A stretch of DNA of 64,000 nt. Source: Candidatus Poribacteria bacterium. Its GTDB lineage: Bacteria > Poribacteria > WGA-4E > PCPOR2b. The position numbers and the translations under genes are program-made. Under the pieces are notes generated by a model. The model ran no database searches. It was given only the letters and a program-made list of their open reading frames with translations, and was not told the DNA's origin. Positions 33,801-44,269 of the stretch are shown one piece after another. How positions within the stretch are numbered: position 1 is the first letter of the stretch; each line of letters opens with the position of its first letter. The stretch covers positions 192,001-256,000 of the forward strand of contig OZ244587.1 in assembly GCA_965218095.1 (NCBI GenBank). The letters run 5' to 3'.

Positions 33801-34265
33801 ATGCACAATAGACCTCATATTTCAATTCTTTTTACACGACTATTGTTGATTGGCATCATTCTCGGCGGGTGTGATGAAACGGGCTTGGGAGGAAGCGAAT
33901 CGGTTAGCCTGCTCAAAGGAGAGCCGGTCATTCTGGACTCTGCCCTCGCAGTTAACGTCAACGATGATCGCCCGGATGGAATTGCTGACACTTTTTTTGA
34001 CACGAGCGATCGGATTTACTTGTGGATCTTTTGGGTGAACGTCAAAGGGCGGCACACGGTTGAAGTCAACTGGTTTTCGCCGGAGGACGAATTGGACGAC
34101 CCACCGTTTCGAGCGGACCAGGAGATCTTCACTTCCTCAACGGGGGATCAGATCACTTGGTTCTTTATAGATGCTCCCTCAGATGGCTTTCCCGATGGCG
34201 AGTGGTTTGTCGAAATCTTTTTGGACGGGCTGTTTGAGCGGAGCCATGTGTTTGATGTCAGGTAA
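33801..34265 (+). CDS. Putative lipoprotein, Ig-like fold
   Basis: Signal peptide with LGGC lipobox; WFSP...GEWFVEIFLDG. Confidence 0.7.
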   Translation: MHNRPHISILFTRLLLIGIILGGCDETGLGGSESVSLLKGEPVILDSALAVNVNDDRPDGIADTFFDTSDRIYLWIFWVNVKGRHTVEVNWFSPEDELDDPPFRADQEIFTSSTGDQITWFFIDAPSDGFPDGEWFVEIFLDGLFERSHVFDVR

Positions 34266-34523
34266 CTCAGCACATTTGCCAAAATCTCACTTTTCCTAAC
34301 CACTGATTATCTTTATTGGTGAAATCAGAGTTTTGGAAGAGATTGCAAAAAGCTGATTCTCGGCGGTTTCCACTCATATTCAGATCGTATTGTGCTTTCA
34401 TTGGTTTTGCTTAGGGAGTCCTTCATCTGCTCTACAACCCGAGTTGAATGGAGATATCGGATTCGCCTCTGTTGACCAAGATACTCTTGTTCATGAATAC
34501 TCTTCCATCTTGTCACAGCTTCC

Positions 34524-34853
34524 TTGATAAACTCAAAGCAGGTAAATAATACGTTAATTCAAGACAATCTCAATACCCATTGCCCGGCTTCTTTCTATGC
34601 GGCATTTAGCTTGGCTCAACGATTCGAGATGCACTACACGCCTAAAAAGGCGAGTTGGCTGAATATGGTTGAAATTGAACTGTCGGTATTATCAAAACAG
34701 TGTTTGTCCCGTCGGATAGGGGAGATTGCCCTCATGACCGATGAAGTTGAGGCTTGGGTAGCAGATCGGAATCGCAAGCGAGCCACCATCAACTGGCAGT
34801 TTACGAAGAACCAAGCTCGTGAGAAGTTTTGTAGGTACTATCCTAACCCCTGA
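34524..34853 (+). mobile_element. IS630-family transposase, 3' fragment
   Basis: QDNLNTH, HYTPKKASWLNMVEIELS, INWQFT. Confidence 0.85.
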
Positions 34854-34958
34854 CAATTGTAACCGGTCACGCGGTTGGAGAATGGGGGAGTTAGATGAAC
34901 CACTTATCACTCACCATTGAGCAACTCGGATAGCCTGTCAGGATTTATTTAACAGAAC

Positions 34959-34977
34959 CTAGAGCTGCTTGTTATGC
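34959..34977 (-). other. 5' half of an integron attC-like site, cut by an IS5 end
   Basis: Minus strand: GCATAAC (R'')-AAGCA-GCTCTAG then the IS5 terminus GTTCTGTT. Confidence 0.5.
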
Positions 34978-35069
34978 CATTTGTTACCAGTCAATGTTTC
35001 GCTTTCGCAAATATGGTTTGTGTCAATGCTGTCGCATCATCCTTAAAGGCATCAAATTCTTGAATATTC

Positions 35070-35375
35070 TTATCTCTGATACCAAAACCTAGCTTGCAGC
35101 AATTCTTGATTCCTACTTCCCAAAGAGCTGGTTAGACAATCGAGGTAAGCGCGTAATTCTTCCTGGTTCATATCAAAATCCGGATTTTTCCGCTTCGATT
35201 TCAGGAAAGGGATTATGCCACTGCCAACCCGTTTTGCATTTTGAACGACCTTCAGGATGTGGTGGGTCCAGATGCCGTAACCGAAGATGTTGGTATCAGC
35301 GGCGCAAGCCTGTTCAACAATCCGCTCAATTTTGTTCCTCATGGTTTCAATGGGGAATTGTGGTAGATTTTTCAT
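35070..35375 (-). pseudogene. HD-domain protein N-terminal remnant fused to unrelated sequence
   Basis: NIFGYGIWTHHILKVVQNAK, then loss of similarity. Confidence 0.5.
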
Positions 35376-35546
35376 CGTTCAAACCTCCTGCGCTCTCATA
35401 TTGATTCTTGAACATCTAGTGAGTGCTCGATGTGGCATAAGAAATGAGTTTATCGGATATAAAACCGTAGATTTCCGCCATCAACGGAAACGACGGGGTC
35501 GATGATTTTCCCTATCTTCCCATATCAGGAGTTTATCCTTCAGATG

Positions 35547-36260
35547 CTACTGTTTTTCCCATTCCATGAAAAGAAACAACGGAATCCGACGAAGTTGCTC
35601 TAATCGACGCGAAGCTTGTATCTGCTTATCCGTCGGCACCGGCTCATGGAAGTGTGTCAATCGAAACTCTAGGTGAATAAGCGGATTGATGAAGTCTGTA
35701 AGAGGCATGTGCCTGAAAAGCACAGGGTGTCTAAATTTGTCAGTGATGTGTTCGTCCCAGACCTGCCGCTTGAAATAGGATTGGCGATTTGAGAAGCAAG
35801 GATGAAGAATGCTCATCAGCAGAAGACCGTTCTTTTTGAGGACGCGATGTACTTCAGAAATGCTTCCCTCATAATCTTCTACGTCCATTAGGCTCATTGA
35901 GGCAAGGACAATGTCAAATGAATCTGCCCCAATACCATGAAGATAATTGGCATTCCGGACCAGAAACGTAATCGGTTCATCTGAGCTAGCCTTTGCAATG
36001 TTGATTAACCGTTCACTGCCATCAATCCCAGTGACATCTGCTCTCCGCTTCGTGAATGCACGACAATAACCACCCTCGCCACATCCCAGATCCAGAATCT
36101 TCTTGCCTGACACATCACCAAGTCGCTCAAAAGTAACAGGCATCAGAAACAGATTACGATAGTCGTTGGTATCGGCGTGTCGTGCCCAATCATCCGCAAT
36201 TCTATCCCATGACTGAGTTGAACTATCTTCTTTCATGAGTATTCCTACCTCATTTGCCAT
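35547..36260 (-). CDS. Class I SAM-dependent methyltransferase
   Basis: ILDLGCGEG, TGIDGS, FDIV, HRVLKKNG..SILHPCF. Confidence 0.88.
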   Translation of the reverse strand: MANEVGILMKEDSSTQSWDRIADDWARHADTNDYRNLFLMPVTFERLGDVSGKKILDLGCGEGGYCRAFTKRRADVTGIDGSERLINIAKASSDEPITFLVRNANYLHGIGADSFDIVLASMSLMDVEDYEGSISEVHRVLKKNGLLLMSILHPCFSNRQSYFKRQVWDEHITDKFRHPVLFRHMPLTDFINPLIHLEFRLTHFHEPVPTDKQIQASRRLEQLRRIPLFLFMEWEKQ

Positions 36261-36309
36261 CTAAAGAGTTGTTATTGTGACATTGTAACTCTTATTAAAC
36301 AAACACACC

Positions 36310-36829
36310 TCAACATCCTGTTTCTCGAAACTCAGGCGAATATCTCACTCTGGCGGTCACGCCTACCAATGCGTTCTCCCTCAGTTCTAAGACCCTGAAA
36401 GCTTCCTCCGCATTGTATTCGTTACTAAGACTGTAGTTGCTAGCTCTCCCGAAGCCAAAGCGCGAGTAGTATGCTGGGGGACCTAACACAACCACAGCGT
36501 CGTATCCAGCGGCGCGACATACTTTCAATCCTTCTCGAATTAGGCGTGAACCGATACCTTGCTTCTGATACTCAGGAATGGACACCAATAGGACCTAAAG
36601 CAACGGCGCAGAAGCTAGAGCGAGGCGGATGCAGTGTAACCGGCGAGAACAAAACATGCGCTACCACTTGATTGTTGAGTGTAGCGACGAAAGAAACCAG
36701 CACTTTGTTGGCTGCATGGAGTTGTGCAACGAGTTGTGCCTCGTTGGGATGACCCTTAAATGCTTGCTCATGCACATGGCAAATAAAGCTAAGTTCCTCT
36801 GATTTCGAGTGTCGAATTTTAATCGTCAT
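36310..36829 (-). pseudogene. YhbS-like GNAT acetyltransferase, frameshifted
   Basis: VAHVLFSPV...LGPIGV then, shifted near 36580, PEYQKQGIGSRLI..VVLG..YYSRFGF. Confidence 0.8.
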
Positions 36830-36855
36830 GAGTCCTCCATAGTAGCGAAAACACC

Positions 36856-36949
36856 GCCTACCGACTAAGTTCAGTTGTCCGCTACACGAGACCAGAACCG
36901 CGGGAATTTGCCGAAACACGTTCGGCAAACTAAAGTTGCCGTCAACTAG
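36856..36949 (-). other. 3' part of an integron attC-like site abutting IS5
   Basis: Minus strand: CTAGTTGAC...hairpin TTTGCCGAA/TTCGGCAAA...GACAACTGAAC (L')-TTAGTC-GGTAGGC (R'-like), then RBS and the GNAT ATG. Confidence 0.5.
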
Positions 36950-37779
36950 GTTCTGTTGACATTTGAGTATAAGGTTGTGGCATAATAGAAGAATGATGCC
37001 AATAACCTTACCCGATGACCAATGGAAAAAGATATACTCGTTTCTTCTAACTTGTCCCAACATCTATGTTGGCAACGAAGCGACAACACGCCGCTTTATC
37101 GAAACTGTTCTCTGGGCGACCCGTAGCGGTGCTCAATGGCGGATTCTGCCAGACACCTATGGTAAATCGAACACCCTCTATAAGCGTTTTGCTCGGTGGT
37201 GCGACAAAGGGGTCTTCACACAGATCCACCACCACTTCGCCGCCGACCCCGATATCGAGTCGCTTATTGTGGACAGTACAATCATTCGAGCGCACCCGTG
37301 TGCGGCGGGTGCCGAAAAAAAAAGGGTGGCACTGAAAACCAAGCGTTAGGTCGGTCTCGCGGGGGATTCAGTACAAAAATTCACATCACAGTTGACGGCC
37401 TGGGTAATCCACTAAGAATTCATCTGACCCCCGGTCAAAGAAACGACATAGCGGAAGCAGAAGGGTTGATACTTGGATATAAAAGCGAGTATGTGATTGG
37501 AGACATGGAGACAAGGGATATGACTCCGACAATTTTATCGCGGTTATTGAGGCGAATGGAGCGATTGCGGTGATACCGCCAAAAAGTCATCGTGTGGATC
37601 AAAGAGATTACGACAAACATCTGTACAAAGAGAGACATCGGGTTGAATGTTTCATTAACAAGATAAAATGGTATCGCCGCATCTTCTCTCGGTTCGAGAA
37701 GTTATCTATCCGTTATTTTGGATTTCTCAGCTTTGTCGCCACTCTTATATGGCTCCCTTGAAATGTCAACAGAACCTAG
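36946..37779 (+). mobile_element. IS5-family element (two-ORF, frameshift type)
   Basis: Perfect TIR CTAGGTTCTGTTGACATTT / AAATGTCAACAGAACCTAG; RSGAQWRILP, DSTIIRAH, A-run, GRSRGGFSTKIH, YKERHRVECF. Confidence 0.92.
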
Positions 37780-37809
37780 TACACTGTTAAATAAGTCTTG
37801 ATAGTCTTG

Positions 37810-37930
37810 TTCGCTGTGGATTGCCGTTCGCTGAGACTTCGGCATGAGTTCAGTCGAACGCTAACGACTTCGACGAGCTCAGTCGAGTCGTCGAAGCCAG
37901 TCGAATGCTCACGCTGAAGCCAAATCCACA
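37810..37930. repeat. Cluster of REP-like palindromes
   Basis: GACTTCGACGAGCTCAGTCGAGTCGTCGAAG-type units; related units at about 40815-40900. Confidence 0.55.
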
Positions 37931-38026
37931 GCACAAGTGTCGCAAATTATAAGGTGCCAAAAATCGGGATTGAACAAGGATTTTGAGAATTCACTTGGTT
38001 TCTGATTAGCTCAAAGTGGTATAATA

Positions 38027-38955
38027 ACCCAAGTTGCTACCTATTGCAAATCCATGGGTTTTCCGTTAAAGTTGAGGTGTTCAACCATAACCTCAATAAC
38101 CTCAAAGGAGAAACCCATGGACATCCAAATTGTAACCGTTTTCTATCTGTGTGACAAGCTCTTAGAAGCATTCAACCCAAAACTCAATCCACAAACTCAG
38201 ATGTCTGACGCCGAAGTTATGACCACCGCTGTCGTTGCTGCTCTCTTTTTCGATGCCAACTTCCAAACGGCTCGCGATTTTCTTCAAACTCATGGCTATA
38301 TACCAAATATGCTCTCAAAGAGTCGATTCAATCGACAACTTCATCGAATGAAACCGATGTTCATTACACTGTTCAAAATCTTGGCACAAAGCTTTGTGCA
38401 ACTCAATCAACAGAAGTTGTATGCGCTGGATACTGTGACAATATTCGCATTCATCGGTCAAAAACCCACACAGATGAGGCATTTCGAGGCTATCAAGCGT
38501 CCAAACATCGGTATTTCTACGGCTTGAAGGTTCATCTGCTGGTGACCGCCGCCCAACACCCCGTTGAATTTTTTGTGACCCCAGCGAGCACAGGAGACGT
38601 CGAAGGCTTACAGTGGTTTGACTTCGACTTGCCACCGGGCAGCCGGGTCTACGGCGACAAAGCGTACAATAACTATGAGATAGAAGATATTGTTGCAGCA
38701 GTTGAAGTGGAATTGAAGCCAATACGCAAGAAGCATTCAAAACGAGCATATCCGCCATGGGAGACCTATTTGGCTAATTACTATCGTAAGTCTGTTGAGA
38801 CGGCTGGAAGTTTGATTGAGAGACTGCTTCCGCGTTGTATCCATGCGGTGACGCGACAGGGATTTGAATTGAAAGTGGTCTTGTTTGTACTGGCTAGTAG
38901 TATCAATCAGCTCTGAGTTCACTCACATATTCGATGAATAGGTGGCAACTTGAGT
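38027..38955 (+). mobile_element. IS982-family element, frameshifted transposase
   Basis: ACCCAAGTTGCTACCT / AGGTGGCAACTTGAGT ends; 7-bp TSD TATAATA (38020-26 and 38956-62); YGDKAY, YYRKSVET. Confidence 0.9.
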
Positions 38956-38964
38956 TATAATAAC

Positions 38965-39435
38965 CTAAAGACTGCAACTGATTGCTATCAGACGAACTTC
39001 CCCTTCTCCATCAAGTTTGGGTTTTCGAGATGGGGTGCTCTGCTTTTGGCGTTCCAAAGCGATGGAAAGCCCTTGTTCGACAAAACGTTTTCGAACATTA
39101 TGTGCCGCCTTGCTATGGCACCCAAAGGCTTCGGCGAGTTGCTCATTCATCCAGTTGGGGTCATCCGCATCCGCTTTTAGCAAGATGTTTGATTTTGTAG
39201 GCCTGGGTTTTTCCTTTTCGTACCCATTCCGTCAAACACTAGCGTTCTTCTTCCGTAAATCTGACAACATATTTAATCATGTCGGTTTTCCCCTGTTCAG
39301 TTTATTATGGACCGACTTTGTTTGTCAAGTTTTAAGCAAGTTTCAATATAAACTATCAACTTTAAAGTTCGCGCACAATTGGCGTGGGTTTTCAATCTTC
39401 AATGTTGCTTACAAAATTAAAGTGGACAAACCTAG
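38965..39435 (-). mobile_element. IS630-family 5' fragment (HTH part and left end)
   Basis: LKADAD..W..EQLAEAF..VRKRFVEQGL..ALER..KLDGEGE; end CTAGGTTTGTCCACTTTAATT. Confidence 0.75.
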
Positions 39436-39444
39436 TACGTAATG

Positions 39445-39514
39445 GGCTAACAAGGTGCCTCCGGATGGCAATTCCGACGCGCTCAATTACCGTAACTGAA
39501 CTTATTCGTTAGGA
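39445..39514 (+). other. Integron attC-like site (70 bp)
   Basis: GGCTAAC...ATGGCAATT/AATTACCGT stem...ACTGAAC-TTATTC-GTTAGGA, immediately followed by AGGAGG and ATG; L'' box is degenerate. Confidence 0.55.
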
Positions 39515-39524
39515 GGAATATATT

Positions 39525-40637
39525 ATGAAACGTAAGACTGCTATTGTTGTTCTTTTTTGCTTTGTGAGTTTCACTTTTATCAGTATCGTACTGGAGGGAC
39601 ATCCCGAAAACCATGCTGAGCAGCAAGTCACCCCAGAAGCACAACAGGAGGGCAGGAGACGAATTGTATTTGATACAACGCTGTACGGGTTGCTGTTGTA
39701 CGGACCTGGTACAGTCAATCTGTTAGACGTTGAATCAGCTCGCCAGATAGTCGGAATAGAGCTGCTCTTTGGCAGCGGGGCATTTTGGAGCGCGCTAAAG
39801 CTTACCGAAAACCATCGGCTCGGCGCCGGACGTTCCAAACTTATGCGCTGGGGGAGTTACGCGGGTACACTTTTTGGACTCGGTGTCCCTATATTCTTTG
39901 AAATTGAAGCCGAGAACGATAAGGCGTATTGGGCAGCGGCGATGCTTGGTGCTCCTTTGGGTGGGTTAACCGCTAACAGGTTGAGTTCTCACAGATGGTT
40001 TGAGAAGGGTGAAACGGATCTACTGACCAACGGCGGATTGATTGGAGGTTTGTACGGCCTCGCGATTCCGTATCTCATCAACATTGAGAACCTTGAAAAT
40101 TGGAATGAGGCAAAAATCTACACGGCGTCCGCAATGGTCGGCGTCCCGGCTGGCGTCTGGACGACATCACGATTGATTCGGGATAAATCAATTTCACCAG
40201 GTCGGGCGCATCTCATCTCTCTCGGAGGCGTTGTCGGGGCTGCCTATGCCGCCGGACTAGTCCACCTTGCGGGGGTGGAGTTAGACGAAGAACATCTGCG
40301 CCCCTATGTGTTCGCCGCCATGCTCGGCTTACCGCTTGGAACGTATCTCGGCCATCAATTGACTGATAAAGATGAGTACACGATCGGCAGGGCGAGATTG
40401 ATAACCCTGGGTGCATTTGTCGGTGCCTTTTCCGGTACCGGAGCCCTTCTCCTTGCTGATGTCAGCTGGGAGAATACCAAATCATACGTGTTGGCAAACA
40501 TCCTTGGTTCCGCGCTTGGACTTTGGTACACACACCGTTTCACTCGAGACTGGGGCGAAAAACCCGTTTCTGCGAGCAGCGATCAGCCAGCCCTTGATGA
40601 GGGCTTCTCTATGGAATTGATGCGCATCTCGTTCTGA
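39525..40637 (+). CDS. Glycine-rich multi-pass membrane protein with internal repeats; possible gene cassette
   Basis: Signal peptide; repeated GRxxLIxLGxxxG...YxxAxMxGxPxG helical hairpins. Confidence 0.7.
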   Translation: MKRKTAIVVLFCFVSFTFISIVLEGHPENHAEQQVTPEAQQEGRRRIVFDTTLYGLLLYGPGTVNLLDVESARQIVGIELLFGSGAFWSALKLTENHRLGAGRSKLMRWGSYAGTLFGLGVPIFFEIEAENDKAYWAAAMLGAPLGGLTANRLSSHRWFEKGETDLLTNGGLIGGLYGLAIPYLINIENLENWNEAKIYTASAMVGVPAGVWTTSRLIRDKSISPGRAHLISLGGVVGAAYAAGLVHLAGVELDEEHLRPYVFAAMLGLPLGTYLGHQLTDKDEYTIGRARLITLGAFVGAFSGTGALLLADVSWENTKSYVLANILGSALGLWYTHRFTRDWGEKPVSASSDQPALDEGFSMELMRISF

Positions 40638-40968
40638 TCGGAGATTATTACACTGTAACATTGGTTTTGACATGTACAACAATCTGCGTCAGAAGGGGGG
40701 CTCGTAAAACATAATGCGTAATACGTAAATAAGCCTGTCCCTTCGGCTGGTTCAGGGCGGGCTCTTGAGCGCAGCGAAGGGAGACTTTTTCTTACGCTTC
40801 ACGTTTTACTCTTTACGACTCGACCGAGCGGTTTGGCTGAACTCACCGAAGCCTCGTCGAGGTCCGAGCTCTGCTGAAGTCTGAGCTCAGTCGAACAGCA
40901 ATCCAAGCCGAACAGGAAATGGTTGCGTTTGACTTCATGACTCAGCCGCCAGACCAAGGAACAATTCC

Positions 40969-41166
40969 ATGTCGAAATCAAAGGCTAACGTGACTGCATT
41001 GTCAATCGGTCCCAAACACCACTTCTTCAGTTACTACGGTATCAATCCGTGGGACCCAATTCACCACCACCTCGCTCTCGAAACTGATTTTCATGAGCGT
41101 TGCCCCGATGTGGGTGACATCGCTCAAGTCGGTCCTATCCATTATGAACCACCCTCATTTATCTGA
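40969..41166 (+). pseudogene. N-terminal remnant of a beta-propeller (oligogalacturonide-lyase-like) protein
   Basis: GPKHHFFSYYGINPWD..LALETDF; truncated at 65 aa. Confidence 0.45.
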
Positions 41167-41321
41167 CAACGCACAATCCGCGCTCACCGCTCATTCTACA
41201 CAAAAAAATCGCATTCGCATCTGATCATTTGCCCCCGATGTGCATCATGATATAATAGAGGGCAATGACGTTGATGTGATTGCCACCTATAATCCATATA
41301 ATCCACACGACATCGGGAGCG

Positions 41322-44132
41322 ATGAAAATGGCACACAGCGATGCCGAATTGATCAAACGGACGCTGGACGGCGATGAAACTGCGTTCGGGTTTCTGGTTG
41401 ATAAATACAAAGGCGCTGTCCACGCCCTCGCCTACCGCAAAATCGGGAACTTCCAGACCGCCGAAGAGATTACGCAAGACACCTTCCTCAAAGCCTACCA
41501 AAAACTATCCACGCTCAAGGATTGGCGACACTTTCCGGGTTGGCTCTACACGATTGCGTCACGATTCTGCTTGATGTGGCATCGAAAACAGCGACTGCCG
41601 ACGCAACCACTCAATACCGTTGAGATGCGTCACGTCGATGCCCTGGCATCGGCAAAGTACGCCGACGAACAAACCCGTCAAGCGGTACGCGACGCGCTCG
41701 AAGAGCTACCGGAAAGCCAACGCACCGTCTTGACACTTCACTATCTCGGCGGAATGACATGCGAGGAGATTGGGCGGTTCATCGGCACGTCACATGGTGC
41801 GGTTCTCGACCGACTCTATCGTGCCCGAGCGAAACTAAAAGATGAGCTTATACCGATGATGCAGAAAACATTGGGCGCGTTTCAATTGCCGCCCACCTTC
41901 ACACAACAGATGATGGATCGAATCGACCACCTTCCCCCGACGCCCACGCCACAGAGCAAACCGTTCCTGCCGTGGCTTGCTGCGACGGCAACGCTTGTCG
42001 TTGCGCTATTCATCGGATTTGGGCAGCGGGCGATGACGCGATTTCAGCAACCATACAGCCTCGACGCGCCCGAACCGGCGGTGCGGGTTGAGTTAATCGA
42101 TGCACCAGTGATTCATCTGCCGAATACGAAACCGGCACTCGTCAATCGTCCGGGTCAATTGAATGCGCGAGACGATAAGAACGGCACTCGACCCGATGGG
42201 ACCGCTTTCGCGGCAGCGGCAAACGCCGAAGCGGGTAAGGGACTCAACGACACAAATTGGAGACAGACAAACGGCCCTTACGGCGGTAGCATCAACACAC
42301 TGTTCCGGGCGTCAGATGGCACGCTCTACGCAGCCACAGACAGTGCGGGCGTCTTCCGTTCGAGCGATGACGGCGATTCATGGGTTCCGGTCAACAACGG
42401 GTTGGATGTCTATCCTGCCGGTCAGCTACCTCATCCGAGTACCATAACAGAGGCGAACGGTATGCTCTATCTCAGCACAACTTCGGAGTTCTTTTATTCA
42501 AACAATCGGGGCGAAGCGTGGCAGTGGGTGGAATATCCTGACAGAAATCCGGACATGATAGAAATCAGCGCATTCGGTGTCAGCGGAACGCGAATCTACA
42601 TCAGTCGGATTAAAGATGGTATCGCGTACTCGGATGATTATGGCGAATCGTGGATGCCCATCCATGACGATTTGCCTGATGAGCTGACCGAAGAAAAATT
42701 CGTGACAGTTGGCACAACCCTCTTCGCCAAGACGGGCGATGACCTCTTTCAGCTCAAGGTGGGCGAAACGTCGTGGACGAAAATCGCGAATGTTCCAGAA
42801 CTCCGCTTTCTCATCGCTGCAGAGGGGGTATTGATTATTGGCAGCCACACCGATTGGCACCGTTCAACGGACGAAGGCGAGACTTGGACACCGATGACAC
42901 CGGAATTGAAAAATCAATATCTTGTGGTTGAAGGCGTCACGGGGTTCGGCGATACGATTTACGCCCTACTCAGCGACTCACGCCAACTGCTCAATGGCCC
43001 CAAGTTACTTCGCTCCACAGACAACGGGCGGTCGTGGGCAACAACCGAAGCTGGGGGATTGGGCGATAAGACGATTGACAGCATGGTCGCGCTATCGGAG
43101 CATGTGGTGTGTATCGGCACAGGGGCGGGTGTATTTCGGTGGGCCGGTGGTGAAAAATCGTGGCAGCCAATCAACGAGGGGCTAATCGGTACGACGGTGC
43201 ATAGTCTGGTGTTTTTCAAGAACGCCCTCTATGTGACGACGTATAACAACAACGGTATTTTCAAATCTGTCGATGGTGGAAACCGATGGATGCCGATTCA
43301 TCGCGGGTTGCCCACAACAAACGTAGGGGCACTCACCGTTTCGGGCGGTGAACTGTACCTCGGTTTGAACGAAACGAACATGGGCACACAGAATCCACCC
43401 ACCGCCGGAATTTATCGTTTGGCGGCGAACCGGAACTCATGGATTCCGGTGCAAACGGAGATGCGCACGGACAACATAGACCATCCGGACAAGAGGTGTT
43501 ATCGAATGTATCATCAAATGTATAGCGTTGACGAGCTTGTGATTTCCGGCGATACCTTCTACGCCATTGGAGAGATGGGCATGGGTTGCCGGCTATTTCG
43601 ATGGCGGAGAGGGGAGCGGTTTTGGACGGATATCAGTCCTGATAAGACGGATTGGCTATATGATGATTTAAAGGAGCTTGCTGTCGCCGGTAAAACCGTC
43701 TATGTCCATGCCAACGGCGATTTGATGCGCTCACGCAATAAAGGCAAAACATGGTCGGAGCTCGATATTCCCACTTCTCGTTACGGTCGTCAGATTGAAG
43801 GGCTTGTCGTTTTAGGGAAAACCGTCTACATCTCAATTTCTGAATCCGGCGTGTTCCGGTCAACAGACCGCGGTAAGACGTGGGAATCGGTCAACGAAGG
43901 GTTGCCGCGGGCGTATTCCTGGGAACTTCACGCGGTCGAAAACACGCTCTATGCAACACAGGGGGATAAAGGCATCTTTTGGCTCAGGGATGGTCAGGAT
44001 TCATGGGGGCTTGTTGCATCATCTCCTTCGGATATGATAACTGCGCTGGCGGTTGCAGGCACAACGTTATACGCCGGTATAGAAGAACAGGGTATGTATC
44101 GAATTGTGCTGGAGAACCTTGATGGCGATTAA
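41322..44132 (+). CDS. ECF sigma factor fused through a TM helix to a BNR/Asp-box beta-propeller
   Basis: Sigma2 (AEEITQDTFLKAY..F.GWLY.IA), sigma4 (LPESQR..L.Y..GMTCEEI..RLYRAR), TM PWLAATATLVVALFIGFG, 8 SxxxGxxW Asp-box repeats. Confidence 0.85.
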   Translation: MKMAHSDAELIKRTLDGDETAFGFLVDKYKGAVHALAYRKIGNFQTAEEITQDTFLKAYQKLSTLKDWRHFPGWLYTIASRFCLMWHRKQRLPTQPLNTVEMRHVDALASAKYADEQTRQAVRDALEELPESQRTVLTLHYLGGMTCEEIGRFIGTSHGAVLDRLYRARAKLKDELIPMMQKTLGAFQLPPTFTQQMMDRIDHLPPTPTPQSKPFLPWLAATATLVVALFIGFGQRAMTRFQQPYSLDAPEPAVRVELIDAPVIHLPNTKPALVNRPGQLNARDDKNGTRPDGTAFAAAANAEAGKGLNDTNWRQTNGPYGGSINTLFRASDGTLYAATDSAGVFRSSDDGDSWVPVNNGLDVYPAGQLPHPSTITEANGMLYLSTTSEFFYSNNRGEAWQWVEYPDRNPDMIEISAFGVSGTRIYISRIKDGIAYSDDYGESWMPIHDDLPDELTEEKFVTVGTTLFAKTGDDLFQLKVGETSWTKIANVPELRFLIAAEGVLIIGSHTDWHRSTDEGETWTPMTPELKNQYLVVEGVTGFGDTIYALLSDSRQLLNGPKLLRSTDNGRSWATTEAGGLGDKTIDSMVALSEHVVCIGTGAGVFRWAGGEKSWQPINEGLIGTTVHSLVFFKNALYVTTYNNNGIFKSVDGGNRWMPIHRGLPTTNVGALTVSGGELYLGLNETNMGTQNPPTAGIYRLAANRNSWIPVQTEMRTDNIDHPDKRCYRMYHQMYSVDELVISGDTFYAIGEMGMGCRLFRWRRGERFWTDISPDKTDWLYDDLKELAVAGKTVYVHANGDLMRSRNKGKTWSELDIPTSRYGRQIEGLVVLGKTVYISISESGVFRSTDRGKTWESVNEGLPRAYSWELHAVENTLYATQGDKGIFWLRDGQDSWGLVASSPSDMITALAVAGTTLYAGIEEQGMYRIVLENLDGD

Positions 44133-44233
44133 TTCGTCGAATACAGCGTTGTATAAGCCTCGACTACACTTCCTTTGAAATTCGGATTGAGCACTCCGCC
44201 CGGCACATGAAACTGCTACCAAACGCAAACAGG

Positions 44234-44260
44234 TTAGCATATAGTAGCACTATATGCTAA
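44234..44260. promoter_or_regulatory. Perfect 12-bp inverted repeat upstream of the AAA remnant
   Basis: TTAGCATATAGT-AGC-ACTATATGCTAA. Confidence 0.5.
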
Positions 44261-44269
44261 TATAAATGT

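Noticed and set aside
36261-36309. attC between the GNAT and MTase genes
   Set aside because: Short IR (AAGAGTT/AACTCTT) but no proper R''/R' boxes, and too short.
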